Shown here: positions 48,164 to 59,609 of the stretch, in pieces
How the letters are laid out: each line of letters starts with the position of its first letter
Position numbering within the stretch: the first letter of the stretch is position 1
NCBI GenBank assembly: GCA_041488355.1
Contig: JBGPPC010000001.1
Coordinates: forward strand, 1,758 to 65,757
Source of the DNA: Gammaproteobacteria bacterium
GTDB lineage: Bacteria > Pseudomonadota > Gammaproteobacteria > Burkholderiales > SHXO01
Reading direction: 5' to 3'
Length of the DNA stretch: 64,000 nucleotides
Made by a program: the position numbers and the translations under genes
The notes under the pieces: model-generated
The model's database searches: none
The model's input: only the letters and a program-made list of their open reading frames with translations
Told to the model about the DNA's origin: nothing

Positions 48164-49183
48164 ATGTTCCGACTTCGCATCCGCCCCGACCAGTTCATGC
48201 TTCTGGTCGTCGCACTGTCCCTTTCGCTGCTGGCCAGCACCGTGTTTGCCGGAGCGCGCGAGATCCGCGGCTTCGCACTTACGGTCTCCAATCTGGACAG
48301 CGCCGTCGCCTTTTACCAGGAGGCGCTCGGTTTCAAGAAGGTCGGCGAACGCATCGTCGCCGACCGCAACTACGACTATCTAACCGGCGTGTTCGGCACG
48401 CGCGTTCGCAGTGCGACACTACAGCTCGGAGACGAGCGGATCGAACTCGACCAGTACCTCGCACCCGGCGGTCAGCCCATCCCCGTCGACAGCCGCTCGA
48501 ACGATCTCTGGTTCCAGCACTTCGCTGTCGTCGTGAGCGACATGGAGCGGGCCTACGAGCATCTGCGCGCGTTTCCGATCCAGAGCATCTCCAGCGCGCC
48601 GCAGACCATTCCCGAATCGAACAAAGCCGCGGCCGGCATCAAAGCGTACAAGTTCAAGGATCCCGACGGTCATCCGCTCGAGCTGCTTTGGTTCCCGGCT
48701 GACAAGGGCAAGGCCAAGTGGCAAAGCGCCGATGGCCGGCTGTTCCTGGGTATCGACCACTCGGCGATCGGCATCTCCAGCACGGAGCGCAGCACCGCGT
48801 TCTACCGAGACCTGATCGGCCTCACCGTCGCCGGCGGCACCACTAATACCGGCATGACTCAAGAGCAGCTCGACAACGCGTTCGGCGCAGTGGTGCGCAT
48901 CACCGGACTGCGACCCGACCGCTCCGAGAGTCCTGGACTCGAGTTCCTGCAGTACGTGAACCCGCCAGGCGGGCGGCCATCGCCAATCGCGTTGCGGCCC
49001 AACGACCTGGTTCTTACTCGAACCGTGATTCAAGTGGACGACCTCGATGGCTTGGTAACGAAGCTGCAAGGCGGCGGCGTGACCTTCATTTCGCCCCAGG
49101 TCGTCTCAGTAAGCGGTGAGCCGTGGACCAAGGCGCTGATGGTGAAAGACCCGGACGGCCACGCGGTGCTGCTGGTTGAATGA
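48164..49183 (+). CDS. Secreted two-domain VOC (glyoxalase/bleomycin-resistance/dioxygenase) family protein
   Basis: 339 aa with a signal peptide and two VOC modules (GFALTVSNLDSAVAFYQEALGF and GIDHSAIGISSTERSTAFYRDLIGL). Confidence 0.8.
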   Translation: MFRLRIRPDQFMLLVVALSLSLLASTVFAGAREIRGFALTVSNLDSAVAFYQEALGFKKVGERIVADRNYDYLTGVFGTRVRSATLQLGDERIELDQYLAPGGQPIPVDSRSNDLWFQHFAVVVSDMERAYEHLRAFPIQSISSAPQTIPESNKAAAGIKAYKFKDPDGHPLELLWFPADKGKAKWQSADGRLFLGIDHSAIGISSTERSTAFYRDLIGLTVAGGTTNTGMTQEQLDNAFGAVVRITGLRPDRSESPGLEFLQYVNPPGGRPSPIALRPNDLVLTRTVIQVDDLDGLVTKLQGGGVTFISPQVVSVSGEPWTKALMVKDPDGHAVLLVE

Positions 49184-49234
49184 CAGCGCGCGAACGGCAT
49201 TTTAGAAGCCTGCTAAACCAATCAGGAGCGGCAG

Positions 49235-50695
49235 ATGAAATACGACGTGATCATCGTCGGCTCGGGCGCCGGCGGATCGGCAGCGGCCTATCACTTGACC
49301 CAGACCGGGAAGAAGGTGCTGCTGCTCGAGAAGGGATTGCCGTTGCCGCGAGACGGGAGCACCCTCGATGTAGACACCGTCATGCGGCGTGGTGCCTATC
49401 TCAGCAAGGAGCCTTGGGTGGACCGCGCCGGCAAGCAGGTCGTTCCCGAAGAGCATTTCAACCTGGGCGGCAAGACGAAATGGTACGGTGCTGCCCTGCT
49501 GCGCTTCGCGCGGCACGAGTTCGAGGCCGATCCCGCCCATCAGTGCCGATCCTGGCCTATCGGTTACGACGAGCTCGCGCCGTTCTACGATGAGGCCGAG
49601 GAGCTGCTCGGCGTACGTCCTTTCGCCGTCGAGCCAAACCTGCAAGAGTTGGTCTCCGGCTTGCGCGGGATCGATGCCAGTTGGGAGAAGCACATCCTCA
49701 ATGTGGGCCTGTCGCCGGACATCCTGAGCTATCCGGAGGAGGCCAGCCGCTTCGACGGCTTCGCCTCCGTACGTGGATTGAAGAGCGACGCCGAGAAGTG
49801 CCTGCTGGATCGCGTGCGCGGCAAGCCCAACCTCACCATCGCGACCGGCAAGGCAGTCCGTGCACTGAAGGCAGGTGCGGGTAGCCCGACCCGTCTCGCG
49901 GGCGTAGAGTGCGAGGACGGTTCGCGCTATGAGGCCGACACGGTGATGCTCGCGGCCGGAGCCCTCCACAGTCCGCGGCTACTTCAGAGATATCTGGAGC
50001 AGACTGGACTGGCAGATGCGCTGCCTGCCTATCGAAACGTAGGACGCAACTACAAGTTTCATGTGCTTACCGCGCTGCTCGCGTTTTCGCATCGCAAGAT
50101 CACCGACGTGCTGAGCAAGACCCTGCTGCTCACGCACGAAGCATTTCCACACAGCACCGTGCAGACGCTGGGCGGAAATCTGACGCGTCAGATCGTGCTC
50201 ACGCAGGCGCCGGCTTTTGTGCCCAGTGTGCTGATCGAGCCGTTCGCACAGCGCGCGGTCGGGCTGTTCCTGCAGACCGAGGATGGTTCGCACCCCGACC
50301 AGCGCGTGGTCGCAACGGCAGGCTCGCCGCCGCGCATCGATAACGATCCGGCGCGGCTGCCGACCGCGCACGCAGAGCATCGGCAGCTCACGCGCACGCT
50401 GCGTGGTCAGTTGGCGCGTCTCGGCTACCTGCCTGTGACGAAAGCCATCCCGCTGTCCGGGACTGCGCATGCCTGCGGCACCCTGATCGCGGGCAACGAT
50501 TCCTCCAGCTCTGTCGTCGATGCGGAAGGGCGGGTGCATGGGCTTGAGAACGTCTACGTGGTGGACGGCAGCGTGCTGCCGCGCTCCAGCCGCGTGAACC
50601 CCGCCCTCACCATCTACGCTTGGGCGCTGCGAGTTGCGAGCCGGATCGAGTCGCCGCGCGCGCCCGCACGCGTCGCTGAAGCGGCAACGATCTGA
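49235..50695 (+). CDS. GMC family FAD-dependent oxidoreductase
   Basis: N-terminal YDVIIVGSGAGGSAAAY FAD motif, and a GMC C-terminal region (GTAHACGT, VYVVDGSVLP). Confidence 0.88.
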   Translation: MKYDVIIVGSGAGGSAAAYHLTQTGKKVLLLEKGLPLPRDGSTLDVDTVMRRGAYLSKEPWVDRAGKQVVPEEHFNLGGKTKWYGAALLRFARHEFEADPAHQCRSWPIGYDELAPFYDEAEELLGVRPFAVEPNLQELVSGLRGIDASWEKHILNVGLSPDILSYPEEASRFDGFASVRGLKSDAEKCLLDRVRGKPNLTIATGKAVRALKAGAGSPTRLAGVECEDGSRYEADTVMLAAGALHSPRLLQRYLEQTGLADALPAYRNVGRNYKFHVLTALLAFSHRKITDVLSKTLLLTHEAFPHSTVQTLGGNLTRQIVLTQAPAFVPSVLIEPFAQRAVGLFLQTEDGSHPDQRVVATAGSPPRIDNDPARLPTAHAEHRQLTRTLRGQLARLGYLPVTKAIPLSGTAHACGTLIAGNDSSSSVVDAEGRVHGLENVYVVDGSVLPRSSRVNPALTIYAWALRVASRIESPRAPARVAEAATI

Positions 50696-50738
50696 AGCAG
50701 TGAACCTACGGCGCAGCCGCAAAACTGGAGGCCAAGGT

Positions 50739-52826
50739 ATGGAGACCAAACTGCCGGATCTGATCCGTTTCGGACGCGAGATATGCGGCGACCTGGCTCA
50801 GGCCGAACGCCGTGAATGGTGGTTGGCCAACGGTTTGGGCGGCTATGCCTCGGGCACCATCGCCGGGACGCTTACGCGGCGCTATCACGGCTTGCTGGTT
50901 GCGCCGGTGAAGCCGCCGCTCGACCGCCACGTTGTGATGGCGAAAGCAGATGCGACGTTGGTCTCAGGCGAACGCTCCTGGCCCCTGTTCTCCAACCGTT
51001 GGAGTGGCGGTGCGGTCGATCCGACCGGCTATCTCGCGATCGAAACGTTTCAGCTCGACGGCCGCATTCCGGTGTGGCGCCATGCCTGCGGCGAGCTGCG
51101 GGTCGAAAGCCGCATCTGGATGGAGCACGGCGAGAACACGACGTATGTCGGCTGGCGTGTTGCCGCCGGCTCACCGGTCCCCGACGAGCCGCCACGGCTC
51201 CGCGTCAAGCTGCTGGTCAACGCTCGCGACTTCCACGGCACCGCCCGGCCCTGGGAGTTCAACCCCGTCATCGAAGGCTCGGGGCCGGACCTGCGCGTGA
51301 TCCATCCGAACTGGTTCACGCTCTACATCAAAGCGCGAGGTGGCGCCATCGCCACTCGCCACGACTGGTTCGAGAACTTCGATCTATCGGTGGAGCGCGA
51401 GCGCGGCCTGTCCGACCGCGACAGTCATCTTTGCGTAGGCGAAGCCGAGCTCACGCTGCATCCGGGTGAGTGGGTGGGGGTCGTGGCGAGCCTCAATCCG
51501 CAGCCTTCGGTGTATTTCGACGAAGCCCTGCGTCGCGCGCAGGCCCGCGACCTAGGGCAGCTGCGCCGCACGCAGGTTCAGGTGCCCGAGTTGATCGGCG
51601 CGCCCGCCTGGGTCGACCAGCTGATTCTCGCTGCCGACAGCTTCGTTTTCTCACGTCCGCTCCCCGACGTCCCCGACGGCGAGTCGATCATCGCCGGCTA
51701 TCCGTGGTTCGGCGACTGGGGCCGCGACACCATGATCGCGTTGCCCGGCCTTACGCTGGCTACCGGCCGCTACGACACGGCGCGCCGAATCCTGCAGACG
51801 TTCGCCCGCTTCGTCGATCAGGGCATGCTGCCCAACGTCTTCCCCGGCGTTGGCGACAAGCCCGAGTACAACACGGTGGACGCAGCGCTGTGGTTCATCG
51901 AAGCCTGGCGCGCTTACGTCGCAGGCATCGATGACCGCGAGTGCCTGAGTCAGGCGTTCCCCGTGCTCCAGTCCATCATCGACTGGCACGTCAAGGGCAC
52001 GCGCTACAGCATCGGCATGGATCCCGCGGACGGGTTGCTCCGCGCCGGTGCACCCGGTGTGCAACTCACCTGGATGGATGCGAAGGTCGGCGAGTGGGTG
52101 GTGACGCCGCGGATAGGTAAGCCGGTGGAGATCAACGCGCTGTGGTTCAACGCGCTGTCCGTGATGGCGCAGTTCGCTGAGATGCTGAAGCGGCCGTCGA
52201 AGCCTTACGTGGATCTGGCAGCACGAGCGCGCGCTGGCTTTCAGCGCTTCCTCAACCCCGCCGGCGGATTGTTCGACGTGCTGGATACCCCGGAAGGGGC
52301 CGACGCGACCGTGCGCCCCAACCAGATCTTCGCCGTCAGCCTCCCGTTCAGTCCGCTCGATCGCGAGTGCCAGACGAAGGTCGTACGCGCCTGCGGGCGC
52401 GAACTGCTCACCTCGTATGGGTTGCGCAGCCTGAGCCCATCCGACCGCAACTTCCATCCGTATTACACGGGTGGCGTCTGGGAGCGCGACGGCGGCTACC
52501 ACCAGGGGCCCGTATGGGCGTTCCTGCTCGGGCACTACGCGCTGGCCGAGTATCGGATCACGGGCGATGCAGCAATGGCCCAAGCGCGCCTCGATCCGCT
52601 GCGCGACCACCTGTTGGATGCGGCTTTGGGCAGCGTGAGCGAGATCTTCGACGGCGCTCCGCCGCACTCCCCGCGGGGCGCGCCGTCTCAGGCGTGGTCG
52701 GTCGCGTGCACGCTCGAAGCGTGGTGGCGGCTGGAGAAGGCGAAACGGGATACCAAACCAGTAGACAGCGATGCTGCACACACTAGCCGCAAGAAGTCAG
52801 AGACAAGAAAACGCGCCACGGCCTGA
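50739..52826 (+). CDS. Glycogen-debranching-enzyme-like amylo-alpha-1,6-glucosidase family protein
   Basis: The N-terminus is EWWLANGLGGYASGTIAGTLTRRYHGLLVAP. The (alpha/alpha)6 catalytic region has GYPWFGDWGRDTMIALPGL, LTWMDAKV and HQGPVWAFLLG. Start at ATG 50739. Confidence 0.85.
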   Translation: METKLPDLIRFGREICGDLAQAERREWWLANGLGGYASGTIAGTLTRRYHGLLVAPVKPPLDRHVVMAKADATLVSGERSWPLFSNRWSGGAVDPTGYLAIETFQLDGRIPVWRHACGELRVESRIWMEHGENTTYVGWRVAAGSPVPDEPPRLRVKLLVNARDFHGTARPWEFNPVIEGSGPDLRVIHPNWFTLYIKARGGAIATRHDWFENFDLSVERERGLSDRDSHLCVGEAELTLHPGEWVGVVASLNPQPSVYFDEALRRAQARDLGQLRRTQVQVPELIGAPAWVDQLILAADSFVFSRPLPDVPDGESIIAGYPWFGDWGRDTMIALPGLTLATGRYDTARRILQTFARFVDQGMLPNVFPGVGDKPEYNTVDAALWFIEAWRAYVAGIDDRECLSQAFPVLQSIIDWHVKGTRYSIGMDPADGLLRAGAPGVQLTWMDAKVGEWVVTPRIGKPVEINALWFNALSVMAQFAEMLKRPSKPYVDLAARARAGFQRFLNPAGGLFDVLDTPEGADATVRPNQIFAVSLPFSPLDRECQTKVVRACGRELLTSYGLRSLSPSDRNFHPYYTGGVWERDGGYHQGPVWAFLLGHYALAEYRITGDAAMAQARLDPLRDHLLDAALGSVSEIFDGAPPHSPRGAPSQAWSVACTLEAWWRLEKAKRDTKPVDSDAAHTSRKKSETRKRATA

Positions 52827-52851
52827 GCGGTTACACGATCCGGAGTGAACC

Positions 52852-55601
<2,750 letters not shown>

Positions 55602-55605
<4 letters not shown>

Positions 55606-56480
55606 AGAGCGCAACCGCGACCACGGGCCCAGCCGCGCCGGTCGAGAGCCGCGTTGCTGCGCGCTCGGCGGTGCGTGCGCTTGCAAGCCACTGGCCCGAG
55701 TACCTCATGGAAGCGGCCGGCCTCGGATTGTTCATGATCTCCGCGTGCGCGTTCACCGTGCTACTCGAGCATCCCGGCTCGCCGTTCCATCAGGCATTGC
55801 CCGATCCCTGGCTGCGGCGCCTGGTGATCGGCGTCGCCATGGGGCTCACGGCGATCTCGATTATCTATTCGCCGATGGGCAAACGTTCGGGCGCGCACCT
55901 CAATCCCGCAGTGACGCTCACCTTCCTGTGCCTGCGCAAGATCGAAACGTGGGACGCCGTTTTCTACGTGCTGGCGCAGTTCGTCGGCGGAGCGCTCGGC
56001 GTGATGCTGGCCGCCCATGTCCTCGGTGCAATGCTGGTCGGCGACGCCGCGGTCAACTACGCGGTGACGCTTCCGGGCGAACCGGGGCGCTGGATTGCTT
56101 TTGCTGCCGAGATGGCTCTCTCCTTCGGCCTGATGTTGCTCGTGCTCAATATCTCGAACCGCCCATCGCTCAACCGCTATACGGGTCTGTTCGCGGGCGC
56201 CCTGATTGCGGTGTACATCACGGTCGAGGCGCCCCTGTCCGGAATGAGCATGAACCCGGCGCGCACCGTGGCTTCGGCGCTGCCGGCGCAGGTATGGACC
56301 GACGTGTGGATCTATGTCCTCGCGCCACCGCTGGGGATGTTGCTGGCGGCGCAGACCTATTTGTTGACGCGTGGGCCGGGCACCGTCCTATGCTGCAAGC
56401 TGCATCACGAGAACAACAGCCGTTGCATCTTCCGCTGCCGCTATCACGAGTGCGCGGACCACTCGGCCACGCGGGTGTAA
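55602..56480 (+). CDS. MIP/aquaporin family channel with a Cys/His-rich C-terminal tail
   Basis: Two NPA boxes (HLNPAVT, SMNPART) and six hydrophobic spans. The tail is CCKLHHENNSRCIFRCRYHECADH. Its GTG start overlaps the glucosidase stop. Confidence 0.88.
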
Positions 56481-56514
56481 GGCGCTCGACATTCGACCGA
56501 CCTAGGGAGCAAGC

Positions 56515-58737
56515 ATGGACACCGTCCGTCTCGATCTGAAGCGCGAAGCGCTCAAGCAGTTGCTCGCGCGGCCCCTGGGCTGGGCTGCGGCAGTCATCCG
56601 CGGCGCGGAGCGCGGTGCCTGGCCCGTGCTCGATTTGGTCGTCCGGTTGTGGTTGGCGCAAGTGTTCTTCGTATCCGGTGTGCTCAAGGCAGCGAACTGG
56701 GAGAACGCGCTCAATCTCGCCGCCAACGAATATCCGGTGAGCTGGCTCGACCCAGTGGCCGCGGCTTGGCTGGGTGTGAGCATCGAGATCGGCGGCGCCG
56801 TCCTGTTGGCGTTGGGGTTGGCGACGCGTGCGGCGGCGATGGCGATGCTGATCCTGTCGCTGGTGATTCAGTTCAACTACCTCGCATTCGATGCCCACCT
56901 GTTCTGGGCCGCGCTCTTCGGGTGGTATGTGGTGTTCGGTGCCGGTCCCATCTCGCTGGATCGATCTCTGGCGCGCGGACTGGCCGATAGCGCGCTCCCG
57001 CTTGCGGCTAACGTCTTGCGCTTCACGCGGCTCGTCAGCGATTGGGTGGGCCCTGTCTACCAGCTGTTGCTGCGGCTGTGGCTCGCGATCGCGCTGCTCG
57101 CCGCGACAGGGGCAACCGTTTCGGGGATGATGTCGCCGGACCTGCTGGCGACGCTGCTGCCGGTGCGAACCGCGTCACATATTCCTGGTGTGTTGCTGGT
57201 TCCTGGCGCGTGCTTGGTGGCGCTAGGCCTCGGCACGCGTGCAACCGCTGTGGTGTTGTTGCTCGGCCTGGTGGGCGGCGAAATGACCGATCCGCGCCTG
57301 TCCGACGATTGGTACTGGATGCTGGTGCTCGCCCTCCTGGCAGCCGTAGGCCCGGGCCGCTATAGCCTGGACGCGCTGATCACGCGCGCGCTCAAGCGCG
57401 TGTTCCCGCAACTGGACGGAAAGCCCGCCTTCTCTTTGGAAGGGTTGCCGCGCGTAGTAATCGTGGGCGCCGGCTTCGGTGGGCTGACCTGTGCGGCCCG
57501 GCTGGCCAACGCGCCGGTCAAAGTCACGCTGATCGACCGGCACAACTATCACCTGTTCCAGCCGTTGCTGTACCAAGTCGCCACCGCTGGGCTGTCGCCG
57601 GGCGACATCGCAACGCCGATCCGAGGCCTGTTCCGCGAGCGCTTCAATGCAGAGGTGTTGTTGGGCGAAGTGACAGGCGTGGACGCCGCGCGCCAGGAGG
57701 TCCTGGTCGGACAGCGCCGCGTCCCGTACGATCATCTTGTGCTTGCCACCGGCGCTTCTCACAGCTACTTCGGCCGCGACGAGTGGGGGCCCTACGCGCC
57801 CGGACTCAAGCGCATCGAAGACGCCACCGAGGTGCGCCGGCGCTTGCTGACCGCGTTCGAGCGAGCCGAGGCCACAGATGATGAACCCGAGCGCCGCAGC
57901 CTGCTCACTTTCCTGATCGTGGGCGGCGGTCCAACCGGGGTAGAGCTGGCGGGCGCGATCATCGAGCTCGCACGCCACGGCATGGAGAAGGAGTTCCGCC
58001 GCTTCGATCCCGCGTCCGCGCGAGTGCTGCTGGTGCAGGCCGCGCCCCGCATCCTGCCCACCTTCCCGGAAGCGCTGTCCGAGAAGGCCCGACGTTCGCT
58101 GGAGCGTCTCGGGGTGGAAGTGCTGCTCAACAGCCGCGTGGAGCGCATCGATGACGCAGGCGTCACGGTGAGCGGCCAGCGGATTCCGTCGCGCACCGTG
58201 ATGTGGGCCGCAGGGGTGGTCGCTTCACCCGCTGCCAAGTGGCTCAAAGCCGAGGCCGACAATGCCGGCCGACTGAAGGTCGGAGCGGATCTGTCGGTCC
58301 CGGGGCTGCCCAACGTGTTCTGCATCGGCGATACGGCGGCTTCTCTCGCGTGGAGCGGACAGCCGGTGCCGGGCCTTGCGCCAGCCGCGAAGCAGGGCGG
58401 CGCGTACGTGGCAAAGGTGATCCGAGCACGGGTCGAAGCGAGGCGCGCCCCAGGGCCTTTCGCCTATACTCATCTCGGCAGCCTCGCTACGATCGGGCGC
58501 AAGGCCGCGGTAGCCGACTTCGGCTGGTTCAAGGTATGGGGTGCGCCGGCATGGTGGCTGTGGGGCGCGCTGCACCTGGGATTTCTAGTCGGCGTACGCA
58601 ACCGCATGTCGGTGATGTTCGACTGGTTCTGGGCTTATCTGACTTACCGCAGCGGGACTCGCCTCATCACCGGCGGCCCGGCCGCGCAGCTTGGGCAGGG
58701 CATGGCCGCCGTGGTGGACGTGAAAGCAGCCGCGTGA
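56515..58737 (+). CDS. Fusion protein: two DoxX-like membrane modules plus a type II NADH dehydrogenase (NDH-2)
   Basis: Residues ~25-160 and ~185-300 are DoxX-like; the first (VLDLVVRLWLAQVFFVSGVLKAANW..LGLATRAAA) is clearly paralogous to 46693-47166. The C-terminal ~430 aa are NDH-2 (VVIVGAGFGGL, FLIVGGGPTGVELAG, CIGDTA). Confidence 0.85.
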   Translation: MDTVRLDLKREALKQLLARPLGWAAAVIRGAERGAWPVLDLVVRLWLAQVFFVSGVLKAANWENALNLAANEYPVSWLDPVAAAWLGVSIEIGGAVLLALGLATRAAAMAMLILSLVIQFNYLAFDAHLFWAALFGWYVVFGAGPISLDRSLARGLADSALPLAANVLRFTRLVSDWVGPVYQLLLRLWLAIALLAATGATVSGMMSPDLLATLLPVRTASHIPGVLLVPGACLVALGLGTRATAVVLLLGLVGGEMTDPRLSDDWYWMLVLALLAAVGPGRYSLDALITRALKRVFPQLDGKPAFSLEGLPRVVIVGAGFGGLTCAARLANAPVKVTLIDRHNYHLFQPLLYQVATAGLSPGDIATPIRGLFRERFNAEVLLGEVTGVDAARQEVLVGQRRVPYDHLVLATGASHSYFGRDEWGPYAPGLKRIEDATEVRRRLLTAFERAEATDDEPERRSLLTFLIVGGGPTGVELAGAIIELARHGMEKEFRRFDPASARVLLVQAAPRILPTFPEALSEKARRSLERLGVEVLLNSRVERIDDAGVTVSGQRIPSRTVMWAAGVVASPAAKWLKAEADNAGRLKVGADLSVPGLPNVFCIGDTAASLAWSGQPVPGLAPAAKQGGAYVAKVIRARVEARRAPGPFAYTHLGSLATIGRKAAVADFGWFKVWGAPAWWLWGALHLGFLVGVRNRMSVMFDWFWAYLTYRSGTRLITGGPAAQLGQGMAAVVDVKAAA

Positions 58738-58810
58738 GGGTAGAGTGAACGAGGTGCAGGAGGTGAGCAGAGCGCCATTCTTGCAACCGATCGTTGGTCT
58801 GGGGAGCGCA

Positions 58811-59518
58811 GTGAAGCATCGCGTACTGGTCATCGAAGACGAGCTGGACATCGCCAAGCTGGTGCAGCTGCATCTGCAGGATCTGCCGTGCGAGGTCAAC
58901 CTCGCGTTCGACGGAATCGTCGGATTGACCGAGGCGGAGGCGAAGCCCTACGACCTCATCATTCTCGACCTCAAGCTGCCGGGCATCGACGGGCTGGAGG
59001 TGTGTCGGCGCCTGCGGGCGCGCGGACGCTACACGCCCATTCTCATGCTGACATCGAAGTCCAGCGAGCTGGACCGAGTGCTGGGCTTAGAGATGGGCGC
59101 GGACGACTACCTGACCAAGCCGTTCAGCGTCATGGAGTTGACCGCCCGGGTGAAAGCGCTCTTCCGCCGCGTCGAAATGCTCGGCAAGAGCGACGCGCCA
59201 GGGGAATCGAAGGTCATCCAGCTGCGCGATCTCACCATCGACATCGAGCGCCATACCGTTGCGGTGCGGGGCAACAGCGTCGAGCTGACTGCTAAAGAGT
59301 TCGACCTGCTGGTGCATTTTGCCCGCCACCCCGGCCGCGTCTACAGCCGCGACCAGCTGCTCGACCAGGTGTGGGGCTATCAGCACAGCGGCTACGACCA
59401 TACTGTCAACTCCCACATCAACCGCCTGCGTGCGAAGATCGAGCTGGATCCCCAGAGCCCCGAATACATTCACACGGTGTGGGGCGTAGGGTACAAGTTC
59501 GCGGAAGGAATCTCGTGA
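58811..59518 (+). CDS. OmpR-family response regulator
   Basis: Receiver (RVLVIEDE..DLIILDLKLPGIDG..LTSK) plus a winged-helix domain (LTAKEFDLLVHFARHPGRVYSRDQLL..VWGVGYKF). The GTG at 58811 gives a typical ~235-aa length; the track ORF starts at 58745. Confidence 0.9.
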   Translation: MKHRVLVIEDELDIAKLVQLHLQDLPCEVNLAFDGIVGLTEAEAKPYDLIILDLKLPGIDGLEVCRRLRARGRYTPILMLTSKSSELDRVLGLEMGADDYLTKPFSVMELTARVKALFRRVEMLGKSDAPGESKVIQLRDLTIDIERHTVAVRGNSVELTAKEFDLLVHFARHPGRVYSRDQLLDQVWGYQHSGYDHTVNSHINRLRAKIELDPQSPEYIHTVWGVGYKFAEGIS

Positions 59519-59602
59519 TTCGTGGCTCGTGGCTAGCTGTTAGCAGAACCTAATAGCGTTCCAGCTCTTACGAAGCACGAATCACGAGTCACGAATCACG
59601 CC
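59511..59602. repeat. Heptamer-based inverted-repeat element, copy 2
   Basis: The left arm has phased TCTCGTG ATTCGTG GCTCGTG and spans the response-regulator stop codon. The right arm has phased CACGAAT CACGAGT CACGAAT CACGCC and ends 8 nt before the kinase ATG. Confidence 0.8.
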
Positions 59603-59609
59603 TCTTCGG

